Of a stretch of DNA of 36,794 bases, positions 6,540-13,547 are shown piece by piece (position 1 is the stretch's first letter; the number at the start of each line of letters is the position of its first letter). Source of the DNA: a virus; the IMG/VR virus record IMGVR_UViG_3300045988_183576, positions 1 through 36,794 of that record. One strand, 5' to 3'. Position numbers and translations under genes: made by a program. The notes beneath the pieces are model-generated. The model saw only the letters and a program-made list of their open reading frames with translations, was not told the origin of the DNA and ran no database searches.

Positions 6540-7094
6540 TTACTCCTTATCCTCAGGAGCTTCGTTTCCCCAACAGTCCCAGCCTTTCGCATATTGCCGT
6601 GCAAACAGTTCTATCCGTGAAAAATCACCGCAAAATTCTATTATTTTATCTCGCACAATGTCTGGCTTTTTGCTGTGTTCCTCACGTACGCTTTCGATAA
6701 TTTGCGAAACTTTGTTTGATACTTTTGGGGGCTTCCCTTTAACGCCTATTAAACAAACCTCTGCATTAGACTTGGTGTACCACCCTACCCCAAAGAAGTT
6801 TGAGCCATTTTTGTTTTTCTTTATCCATGTGAACCCTACTGTTTTATATTCAAAACCCCATGCTTTTATCGTATTCAACGCTTCTTGCATTTTGGGGAAT
6901 GTTGCCCACATAAATAATATCGAATTGGGTTTAGCTAATTGCCCTATCGGCAAAGCTTCAATATCCTCTTGTTTCATCGTAGAATAGTGGCTGTTCGCAG
7001 TGGCTTGAATATTTCCCATGTTGCGGTATGCCCACGGGGGATCTGCATAGATAATGTCATACTTTTTGTCCGTGTTAAAAATGTCTACTTTCAT
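6540..7094 (-). CDS. MT-A70-family DNA N6-adenine methyltransferase
   Basis: 184 aa from ATG 7094 (GAGGTG 6 nt upstream; the track start is TTG). Motif YDIIYADPPWAY (DPPW catalytic motif) plus the LFMWAT / WGF.YKT pattern. Confidence 0.85.
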   Translation of the reverse strand: MKVDIFNTDKKYDIIYADPPWAYRNMGNIQATANSHYSTMKQEDIEALPIGQLAKPNSILFMWATFPKMQEALNTIKAWGFEYKTVGFTWIKKNKNGSNFFGVGWYTKSNAEVCLIGVKGKPPKVSNKVSQIIESVREEHSKKPDIVRDKIIEFCGDFSRIELFARQYAKGWDCWGNEAPEDKE

Positions 7095-7102
7095 ATTGCA
7101 CC

Positions 7103-7528
7103 TCAAAACGGAAAATCATCCTCGGCTTCTTTCAGGTCGGTAAACTTTTTGTTTTCGCTCTTATCCGCAACCGTCGCAGTATGTTTATCTTCCGCAGGCT
7201 GTTTATCCTCGTTTCTCGGAGATAAGAACTCGACCGTATCGGCGGATATATCGAACTTTGTTCGTCTTTCGCCTTTGTCGTTTTCGTAAGTCGAAACGTT
7301 CAATTGACCCTCGACGGCTATTTTATTACCTTTAACAAGGTATTTATTGCAGTTGTCGGCAAGCCCTCGCCACGCCGTCACCGGGATAAAATCCGTTATT
7401 CTATCGCCGTTGGAATCGGTATATCTGCGATTGACCGCAATAGTGAAGCGCGAATACGATATCCCGCTTGTAGTCGAACCTCCCTCGGGGTCTTTGGTTA
7501 AGTTTCCTATAAAAACGCATTTGTTCAT
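7103..7528 (-). CDS. ssb: Single-stranded DNA-binding protein
   Basis: OB-fold N-terminus MNKCVFIGNLTKDPE...FIPVTAWRGLADNCNKYLVKGNKIAVEGQL and an acidic C-terminal tip DDFPF. Confidence 0.9.
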   Translation of the reverse strand: MNKCVFIGNLTKDPEGGSTTSGISYSRFTIAVNRRYTDSNGDRITDFIPVTAWRGLADNCNKYLVKGNKIAVEGQLNVSTYENDKGERRTKFDISADTVEFLSPRNEDKQPAEDKHTATVADKSENKKFTDLKEAEDDFPF

Positions 7529-7638
7529 TTTCTTTTTCTCTCCTTGATTTTATTTGTTATTTTTTCACCTGCTTTCCATATTCCGTAAAGCGTTAAGATG
7601 AACACCTCGGAGAACAACACGAACGCTAATTCTTCCAT
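7525..7638 (-). CDS. 37-aa membrane micro-protein (untracked)
   Basis: Hand translation gives MEELAFVLFSEVFILTLYGIWKAGEKITNKIKERKRK. ATGA overlap with the ssb start fills the 112-nt gap. Confidence 0.4.
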   Translation of the reverse strand: MEELAFVLFSEVFILTLYGIWKAGEKITNKIKERKRK

Positions 7639-7640
7639 AA

Positions 7641-8378
7641 TCACAAGTCCTCGTAATCAAGATTATTGAACATTCCGTTGAGTTGCTCACTTGTGTAACT
7701 CTTTTCGGGCTTGTCCTTTTTCTTGCGTTTCAGGACGTCCCACACAACGCCTTTATATCCGTTAGCCATTGCTTCGTCTATCGCCTTTATAACGTTGTTT
7801 TCGCCGCAACTTTCTATGTAGTTTTGAAGTTGTTTTATAAACGACTTAAAGCCTTGCTCCGAATACTTGAATTTGTGCTGCTCTTTTTTGTACTCGACCC
7901 ACTCGCCAACCTTGCTTTTCATAGCCTCGGACAATTCGTAATCATCGATTGAAAAAGAGTTTTTTTCTCCCGAAATCCCCTTTGGGGGGTAAGGGGGGTT
8001 ATTATTATAATATTTAAAATATTCATCCTTATTAAGGGACGACATTTTTGTCGTGGGGGAAACGACATTTTTGTCACGTGGTGACAATCGGTACGTTTGT
8101 ATCGATATACAACGTTCGGCAAGTGCGCCGCTATCGTCACGGAGATAGTTTTTGATGATGTAACCACACGAAACGAGAGTGTCTATCCAGCGTTGAATAC
8201 TGCGTTCAGAAGTGCCGTAAAGTTTGGCGAAATACTCGTTTTTTGCCCAACAAAAACCGTGCATATTGCAGAGGGCGGTTATCTCACCGTAGAGCAGTTT
8301 CGAGTTCGCCGTAAGCCGCGCGTCGTATCTCACGTCCGCAGGTATTACTGCATAAAAACTTTGCTGTAAATCTTCCAT
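7641..8378 (-). CDS. Replisome organiser / DnaD-like replication initiation protein with N-terminal winged-helix
   Basis: 245 aa from ATG 8378 (TAATG overlap, GGAGAGAGG RBS). FYAVIPADVRYDARLTANSKLLYGEITALCN...SERSIQRWIDTLVSCGYI is typical of phage replisome-organiser N-domains. The C-terminal helical repeat is DnaD-like. Confidence 0.6.
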   Translation of the reverse strand: MEDLQQSFYAVIPADVRYDARLTANSKLLYGEITALCNMHGFCWAKNEYFAKLYGTSERSIQRWIDTLVSCGYIIKNYLRDDSGALAERCISIQTYRLSPRDKNVVSPTTKMSSLNKDEYFKYYNNNPPYPPKGISGEKNSFSIDDYELSEAMKSKVGEWVEYKKEQHKFKYSEQGFKSFIKQLQNYIESCGENNVIKAIDEAMANGYKGVVWDVLKRKKKDKPEKSYTSEQLNGMFNNLDYEDL

Positions 8379-8896
8379 TAACCTCTCTCCTTTTGCAGTT
8401 CGTACTTTTTCGCAATCAGCGGCGTTTCCTGATAAGAGTACACACGCTTCTTTTTCTCGTAAATGCCTATCTGCTTGTCGCAGTCGGCTATCGTCGTTGC
8501 CAACGCCCAACCGCCGCCCTCACGGTCGATTATCGGGTAAGCGCAGCGCGTTTCCATTACAGCCGCTCGTATTTCGCGCTTATCGCTCGTCATAAGCGTC
8601 ATCGCTAAATCTTCGTAGTTTGTAAAGCCGTTTTGCTCTATCCTTTCCATAACTCGCTCGGCAATGCGGTTGCAACTTCCAAATTTCGCCTCTGTTGCGT
8701 TTTTTGCTTTCGGGAGTGCAGTTTTACGTTTGAGCAGTTCCTCGGCTCTGAACGCCAAAAACAGGTACGTTTCGATTATTCCGTTCTCTATGCGTGAGAT
8801 GTCCGCTTCGGTTGCTCTCAATCCCTCTTTGTTCAGCGCGGCTACGAGTTCGCTTTGACGTACGCCGACGCTGTTTCTCAATTCTTTAAGATTCAT
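8378..8896 (-). CDS. HTH (XRE-like) domain protein, function unknown
   Basis: 172 aa from ATG 8896 (GGAGG 8 nt upstream). Sequence begins MNLKELRNSVGVRQSELVAALNKEGLRATEADISRIENG. Confidence 0.5.
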   Translation of the reverse strand: MNLKELRNSVGVRQSELVAALNKEGLRATEADISRIENGIIETYLFLAFRAEELLKRKTALPKAKNATEAKFGSCNRIAERVMERIEQNGFTNYEDLAMTLMTSDKREIRAAVMETRCAYPIIDREGGGWALATTIADCDKQIGIYEKKKRVYSYQETPLIAKKYELQKERG

Positions 8897-9551
8897 ACGG
8901 TAACCTCCATTTTTTACACAGTTTTTTATCAAGCACTATCGGCTCGATATGGTATTTTTTCAAAAACACCTCTTTCGTGACGTTGTGCGCTTCCGTGTGA
9001 TGTTCCCGGCACAACGGCAATGCTCGCAAACCCTCATGTACTGCCTTGCTTCGGTCGTATTTGCTCCCGATAGCGTCGTAGTGGTGCAAGTCGGCTTTTC
9101 TGCCGCATACGCAACAGACTTTTTGCATTGCACACGCGTAAACGTATTTTTGGACATCTTCGCACAGTTCTGCAAGCGGCACTCTTGTCGGAATTTCGTG
9201 CGCTATTATGAAGTCAATCAAATAGGTGATAAATTCTTTTGCCGTAGTCACGTCGCAGTCCGAAAGCGAAAATATGCCGTCCGCAAGCCCTTTCATTGTG
9301 TCATGTATGAATTTAAGTTTGAACAATCTCTTCGTGTATTCGGGAATTTCGCCCATATACTCGGATATTTCGTTTAGAAGCGCATATGCTTTTTTTCTCT
9401 GTTCGGCGGATATTTCCCGGCTATCGTTTAAGACGATTCGGCACGTTTTGAAGTCGCGATTTATGAACCGCTCGGCGTTCGGATAATCTGCAACGACCGT
9501 GAGTATTCCGCGCTCGTCATAGTCCTTTACTCTTCCGTCGATGATTTCCAT
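8886..9551 (-). CDS. HNH-motif / zinc-finger nuclease-like protein (DUF968-like)
   Basis: The C-terminus CCVCGRKADLHHYDAIG...LPLCREHHTEAHN shows a Cys/His HNH-type pattern. It is adjacent to the annealase, as in many Firmicute phages. Confidence 0.5.
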   Translation of the reverse strand: MEIIDGRVKDYDERGILTVVADYPNAERFINRDFKTCRIVLNDSREISAEQRKKAYALLNEISEYMGEIPEYTKRLFKLKFIHDTMKGLADGIFSLSDCDVTTAKEFITYLIDFIIAHEIPTRVPLAELCEDVQKYVYACAMQKVCCVCGRKADLHHYDAIGSKYDRSKAVHEGLRALPLCREHHTEAHNVTKEVFLKKYHIEPIVLDKKLCKKWRLPYES

Positions 9552-10171
9552 TCTTTAAGCTCCTTGATAAACGCTTTGAAATTCTCTTCTTTCGCTGTCG
9601 TCAATTTCAAGCAATCATGTTTGGAAGCAAGTGCTTTCAACTCCGCTACCGTCATATCCTGCGGCTTATTAGCCTCAATCAGTTTTGCCCGGTCGTCTTT
9701 TATTAACTCTTCTTTGCTTTTCTTCGGCTCTTCCGTGTATTTGGTCTTGTCGTTCTCCCAATATACATTTGCGCCAATTCCGAGGTTTCTACAAGCGTTT
9801 CCGAAAGCGTCGGTTACTGCCATTTTGTACGCTTCATCGCTCGGTCGGAAATCTTCGCTCTTACGAACGTATTTCAGCATTTTATTACCGCCGATACCCG
9901 CGATAGGCTTGCTCCATTCTCCATCGCTTTTAATGAAAAGTTCGATTTCCGCATACGATAAGATTTCGCCGCATTGGTCGCCGAGGTTCTCGCTCCACAA
10001 GCGTTTTATATTGTAATACCACCCAACGCCGCACGCTCCGAATTTCTCCGTAAGCACCTTTATACGCCACATAGTATTTATATCCGTGCCTTTGAAAGTG
10101 CCGTTATCGAACGGTTTTTGTGCTTCTTTCGGGACATTTGCCCAGCCCTTGTATAATTCCAAGTTATCCAT
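9527..10171 (-). CDS. Rad52/Sak-like single-strand annealing protein
   Basis: KPFDNGTFKGTDINTMWRIKVLTEKFGACGVGWYY matches the Rad52-family N-terminal pattern. It sits between Gp157-like and SSB genes. Confidence 0.55.
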   Translation of the reverse strand: MDNLELYKGWANVPKEAQKPFDNGTFKGTDINTMWRIKVLTEKFGACGVGWYYNIKRLWSENLGDQCGEILSYAEIELFIKSDGEWSKPIAGIGGNKMLKYVRKSEDFRPSDEAYKMAVTDAFGNACRNLGIGANVYWENDKTKYTEEPKKSKEELIKDDRAKLIEANKPQDMTVAELKALASKHDCLKLTTAKEENFKAFIKELKEWKSSTEE

Positions 10172-10179
10172 ATGTCACC

Positions 10180-10689
10180 TCACAGTATCTGCACGGAGTA
10201 GTTCGCTTGCATTTCTGCGCCCGGTACGGTTTCGCCCGCTTTTATCGCTTTCGTAATATCCGTTTTGGAAATGCTCGTTTCCGTTTTTGTCTTAATGAAT
10301 TGTTCGGGGATAAGCGTTTCGTCCGTAAGCACGCACCGCATAGTCTTTTTGACTTTCATTTCGATTTCGTCGTCCTTAAAACCTTGCTTGTCCGTCGCAA
10401 ACAGAAGATAATCTGTTAAGCCCGTAATCTCTCTTTCGAGGGACTTTTTGATTTTGTTGTAGTTGTCGAGTTTTTCTCGTATGCTTTCGAGTTTGCAGTT
10501 CAGGTCGTCGAGATACACGACAACGCTTTTGATTTTCTCGTTCTTCTCAACCGTCAAGGCGTTCAGTCTTTCCGCAAGGTTGAACACCTCGCCCGTTTCC
10601 GTATCAACGCCGTTTTCGCCCATTACGATGACGGCGTTTTTATCGAGTAATTTTTCAATATCGCTGTTTATCTCAAAGAGTTTACGCAT
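10180..10689 (-). CDS. Siphovirus Gp157-family protein
   Basis: 169 aa with a coiled middle region. The C-terminus DETLIPEQFIKTKTETSISKTDITKAIKAGETVPGAEMQANYSVQIL matches the Gp157 family tail. Confidence 0.6.
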   Translation of the reverse strand: MRKLFEINSDIEKLLDKNAVIVMGENGVDTETGEVFNLAERLNALTVEKNEKIKSVVVYLDDLNCKLESIREKLDNYNKIKKSLEREITGLTDYLLFATDKQGFKDDEIEMKVKKTMRCVLTDETLIPEQFIKTKTETSISKTDITKAIKAGETVPGAEMQANYSVQIL

Positions 10690-10835
10690 ATGTTACTGCC
10701 CTCCATTTTTACACACACAATTTTGTCGAAGTTCCTCGTCAAGGCTATTTCCCTCATTTTCGCCAACGCCGCTTTTTCGTCAAACTTTATGTATGCGTTG
10801 CACGCTCTTCCATGTCTGATTACTACCATGTACAT
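10668..10835 (-). CDS. Possible 55-aa protein (untracked)
   Basis: Hand translation gives MYMVVIRHGRACNAYIKFDEKAALAKMREIALTRNFDKIVCVKMEGSNICVNSLR. GGAG lies upstream, and it fills a 147-nt gap and overlaps the next start by 22 nt. Confidence 0.35.
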   Translation of the reverse strand: MYMVVIRHGRACNAYIKFDEKAALAKMREIALTRNFDKIVCVKMEGSNICVNSLR

Positions 10836-10836
10836 T

Positions 10837-11085
10837 TTATTTACTCTCCTTTTTTATTTGTTCTACAAGTTTGTCCATTTGTCCGAGCAAGTCGGTCATA
10901 ATGAAGTCTACCTTTTCAACGGCTTTCCCGATGTCGTACGCAGTTTCCCACGCTTTGCCGTCCCACGCTCCGTTTTGCTCCAAAGCGAGCCTCTTTTCTT
11001 TGCAGGTCTTTTTCCAACAATTGAGCTTTGAGCGCATATCTTCCGCTTCGAGCGTCATTCTGCATACATCGCTTACGTCAATCAT
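10837..11085 (-). CDS. Hypothetical protein (82 aa)
   Basis: ORF track. 8-nt overlap with the upstream gene. Confidence 0.6.
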   Translation of the reverse strand: MIDVSDVCRMTLEAEDMRSKLNCWKKTCKEKRLALEQNGAWDGKAWETAYDIGKAVEKVDFIMTDLLGQMDKLVEQIKKESK

Positions 11086-11266
11086 TGTTCAAGTCCTCCG
11101 CCGTCTTTTTTGCTTTCAGCCAACGAAACCACGTTTCTTCACAATCTTCGCAATCGGTTTCGTTGCAGAAAGCGCGAATCGGACAATGCCGACAGTCGGT
11201 TGCGTATTTAAGCACACGCGCCAGTTCTTCCGTTTTTAAGTTTTTAATAAATTCTTCGTTAGTCAT
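11078..11266 (-). CDS. 62-aa Cys-rich protein, paralogue of 4718..4873
   Basis: Start trimmed to ATG 11266 (GGAGGA 7 nt upstream). Sequence is MTNEEFIKNLKTEELARVLKYATDCRHCPIRAFCNETDCEDCEETWFRWLKAKK. Confidence 0.6.
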   Translation of the reverse strand: MTNEEFIKNLKTEELARVLKYATDCRHCPIRAFCNETDCEDCEETWFRWLKAKKTAEDLNND

Positions 11267-11298
11267 TATTCTATCCTCCATTGACTTTATTGAAGCTT

Positions 11299-11490
11299 TT
11301 ACATACCGAGCAAATAGTCGGTCGTTACGCCGAAAAGTTTTGCTATGAGTTTAAGGGTTTCGACCGACGGATTCATAAAGCCGCTTTCCATTTTCCATAC
11401 GGCTTGACGACTTACGCCGATTCGTTCCGCAAACTCTACTTGCGACAGCCCTTTTTTAACTCTTAACTTTTCCAATCTCTTTGCGTCCAT
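11299..11490 (-). CDS. Cro-like XRE-family HTH regulator (first gene of the early operon)
   Basis: 63 aa: LRVKKGLSQVEFAERIGVSRQAVWKMESG...LIAKLFGVTTDYLLG. AGGAGG RBS. Divergent from the CI-like gene. Confidence 0.8.
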   Translation of the reverse strand: MDAKRLEKLRVKKGLSQVEFAERIGVSRQAVWKMESGFMNPSVETLKLIAKLFGVTTDYLLGM

Positions 11491-11518
11491 TTAGAACACC
11501 TCCTTTTTGTAAATCTTG

Positions 11519-11547
11519 TTGACATTTTTTATAAACTTTGCTATAAT
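11519..11547 (+). promoter_or_regulatory. Perfect consensus sigma-70 promoter firing rightward (toward CI-like gene and int)
   Basis: TTGACA (11519-11524), 17 nt, TATAAT (11542-11547). Confidence 0.65.
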
Positions 11548-11586
11548 TGAAATCAACTGCGTTTGCTTGACTTTGTTTACACTTAT

Positions 11587-11615
11587 ATTATATAGGAAAA
11601 TTTCCTAAATGTCAA
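11587..11615 (-). promoter_or_regulatory. Perfect consensus sigma-70 promoter firing leftward (toward cro-like early operon)
   Basis: Minus strand reads TTGACA (11615-11610), 17 nt, TATAAT (11592-11587). Confidence 0.65.
11594..11606. promoter_or_regulatory. Candidate operator palindrome AGGAAA-A-TTTCCT inside the spacer of the leftward promoter
   Basis: 13-bp perfect palindrome, read directly from the sequence. Confidence 0.45.
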
Positions 11616-11623
11616 GCGATTTT

Positions 11624-11636
11624 CGGAATTTTTCCG
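11624..11636. promoter_or_regulatory. Second candidate operator palindrome CGGAA-TTT-TTCCG
   Basis: It shares the GGAA/TTCC half-sites with the first palindrome and lies 30 bp centre-to-centre from it. Confidence 0.4.
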
Positions 11637-11670
11637 AACTTTTTAAGAATTTTTTCTATGGAGAAAAATT

Positions 11671-12021
11671 ATGGATATTATTTTGAATAAAATTTATGAG
11701 TTAATGGAGAAACAAGGGCTTAACGCTCGAAACTTTGAGATTAAAGTGGGTATTTCCAATGGTTCTATACAAAGTTGGAAAACAGGGAAAGCCGCCCCCT
11801 CTCGGCGCACGCTTGCAAGAATTTCCGAAGCGTTTGATTTGCCCGAGAATTATTTTTACACGGAGCCTGCTCCGAAAGCGGCTCGTACACAATCAAGTAA
11901 CTTAACATCACAAGAGATAGAAATGCTCGCTCTGTTCAGGCAACTGACAGCAATACAGCAGGGAAAAGTTCTCGGCTATGCCGAAGCGTTTCTTAAAAAC
12001 TCGCAAAGCGATGTAGGTTAA
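11671..12021 (+). CDS. CI-like repressor (XRE HTH, no peptidase domain)
   Basis: 116 aa: LMEKQGLNARNFEIKVGISNGSIQSWKTGKAAPSRRTLARISEAFDLPENYF. GGAG RBS. It lies upstream of int on the same strand. Confidence 0.75.
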   Translation: MDIILNKIYELMEKQGLNARNFEIKVGISNGSIQSWKTGKAAPSRRTLARISEAFDLPENYFYTEPAPKAARTQSSNLTSQEIEMLALFRQLTAIQQGKVLGYAEAFLKNSQSDVG

Positions 12022-12045
12022 ATATTTTTTGGAGGAGTATATGGA

Positions 12046-13284
12046 GTGGAAGATGATACAAGGAGATTGCTCGACCTTTTGGCGGAGGCTTTACAAAAAG
12101 CCTCGTTATTGTGTGGCAAAATAATAGGAAACGACGATTTCGCAAATGAACCGATTACGCGTGAATCGTCTTTTCGTATTGTAAGTGAGGGCGGAAAGCC
12201 GTCCCCTTATCCCGACGTTACTTTCAGGTTATTATCGGATATTCAGGCGGAGGAAAATATGTCTGTTTATCTACCTTTCGGGACAGGCTCCATTCGGAAA
12301 CGTTCCCGAGAAAACAAAAATAGCCGCTACACGTGGTGGGAGGGTAGATTCCAACGCCACACGGTAACGGCTAAAACTCAAAAGGAGGTTATTGAAAAAT
12401 TAAAGAATATCCCTTTAAAAGAAAAGGAAAAAACGGAACGCGTCACAAAAAAAGGCTCGTCTTTTATCGAATGGGTTAATTATTGGTATGAAACATATAA
12501 AGAACCGTACTTACGCTCGAACTCGAAAAGGGGCTACATGGACGCATTTAATAAGATAAAGACAATCGCAACGCCTATGGAACAACTTACGCCCGATATT
12601 TTGCAACAATTCTTTATTTCTATAAACGGCGAAAACTCACGGCGTAAAGTATTCGACGTTGTTAATTCCGCTCTTCGTCAAGCGGTCATTTCGGAGAAAA
12701 TACGCAAGAACCCTTGCGAACTCTTGAAACGCCCGAAAGTTAAGTCGGAGCATAAACGTGCTTTTACTGCGGAAGAACAAACGGCGATTCTTACGGCTTT
12801 ACCCGAAAAGTATAGTCGGCTCTTTACCGTCCTTTGCTGTACGGGTATGCGCATAAGCGAATTTTTGGCTCTCACGCCCGACGACATCGGCGACGACGAA
12901 ATACGGGTTAATAAGATGATGAACCGCGACGGTATCATCGAACACGACACGAAAAACCGCACGTCACAACGTTTTATCAATTATGACGAGAGTTTACGAG
13001 AAAAACTCGACTACTGCGTTTCGGAAAATTATACCTACAACGCCGTTAAACTCGCTTTCGGCAGAACTTTTGTAAAATTAGGCTTTACCGACGTTTCCGT
13101 TCATTCTACACGGCATACTTTTGCCACAATGTGCCATTTAACGCAAATTGACGACCTTTTAACCAAAAAATGGCTCGGTCACGCTACTTTATCGATGACA
13201 AAAGACGTTTATACGCATTTTATGAAACGCGAAAAATCGCCTTTTACTGATTATTTTGTAAAACTTAAACGCTTTGAGGGCTGA
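12046..13284 (+). CDS. int: Tyrosine recombinase / phage integrase
   Basis: Catalytic residues: R in CTGMRISEFLAL, H-x-x-R in HSTRHTFAT, H and Y in LGHATLSMTKDVYTH. GTG start at 12046 follows GGAGGAG. An alternative in-frame ATG at 12259 follows GGAGGA and would give a canonical ~341-aa protein. Confidence 0.9.
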   Translation: MEDDTRRLLDLLAEALQKASLLCGKIIGNDDFANEPITRESSFRIVSEGGKPSPYPDVTFRLLSDIQAEENMSVYLPFGTGSIRKRSRENKNSRYTWWEGRFQRHTVTAKTQKEVIEKLKNIPLKEKEKTERVTKKGSSFIEWVNYWYETYKEPYLRSNSKRGYMDAFNKIKTIATPMEQLTPDILQQFFISINGENSRRKVFDVVNSALRQAVISEKIRKNPCELLKRPKVKSEHKRAFTAEEQTAILTALPEKYSRLFTVLCCTGMRISEFLALTPDDIGDDEIRVNKMMNRDGIIEHDTKNRTSQRFINYDESLREKLDYCVSENYTYNAVKLAFGRTFVKLGFTDVSVHSTRHTFATMCHLTQIDDLLTKKWLGHATLSMTKDVYTHFMKREKSPFTDYFVKLKRFEG

Positions 13285-13297
13285 ATTTTTCTAAATC

Positions 13298-13333
13298 AGT
13301 ACCCAAAGTAGTACCCAAAGTAGTACCCAAAGT
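13298..13333 (+). repeat. Three tandem 12-nt repeats AGTACCCAAAGT (candidate integrase arm-type sites, P arm)
   Basis: Copies at 13298-13309, 13310-13321 and 13322-13333, directly after the int stop. Confidence 0.8.
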
Positions 13334-13354
13334 TTTCCCTTTAAAATAAAAAAT

Positions 13355-13380
13355 AGCCCGTTCTCATAAGAAAACAGGCT
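13355..13380 (-). terminator. Possible leftward terminator hairpin between int and the attP core
   Basis: AGCC(C)GTT / AAC(A)GGCT imperfect stem. On the minus strand it is followed by ATTTTTTATTTT. Confidence 0.3.
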
Positions 13381-13417
13381 AAAAAAAATAAGTAGTCGTT
13401 TACATAACCACTTATTT

Positions 13418-13462
13418 TGGTGGACGATCAGGGGCTCGAACCCTGGACACCCTGATTAAGAG
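13418..13462 (-). other. attP core: 45-nt 3' portion of a tRNA-Lys(CTT) gene (anticodon loop to CCA)
   Basis: Minus strand reads CTCTTAA (anticodon loop, CTT), TCAGG, GTGTC, CAGGG-TTCGAGC-CCCTG (T arm), ATCGTCC-A-CCA. The upstream sequence cannot form the anticodon-stem 5' strand or a D arm. Confidence 0.75.
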
Positions 13463-13531
13463 TGAACAAAAAGTACTGAAAAACGCTTAAAATCTACTAA
13501 AAACTCCTGATTTTTCCGATAATAACATTTC

Positions 13532-13542
13532 AGTACCCAAAC
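13532..13542 (+). repeat. Fourth copy of the AGTACCCAAA arm repeat (P' arm)
   Basis: TCAGTACCCAAA is identical to the first copy at 13296-13307 and lies on the opposite side of the tRNA-like core. Confidence 0.6.
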
Positions 13543-13547
13543 TTTTT

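Noticed and set aside
13298-13333. Short tandem repeats considered as a possible CRISPR or mini-array.
   Set aside because: The units are contiguous 12-mers without spacers and there are no cas genes. Their placement on both sides of the attP core fits integrase arm sites.
13418-13462. Considered as a possible complete tRNA gene.
   Set aside because: Only the anticodon loop through CCA is present. The upstream sequence cannot form the anticodon-stem 5' strand, the D arm or the acceptor 5' strand, so it was called an attP core instead.
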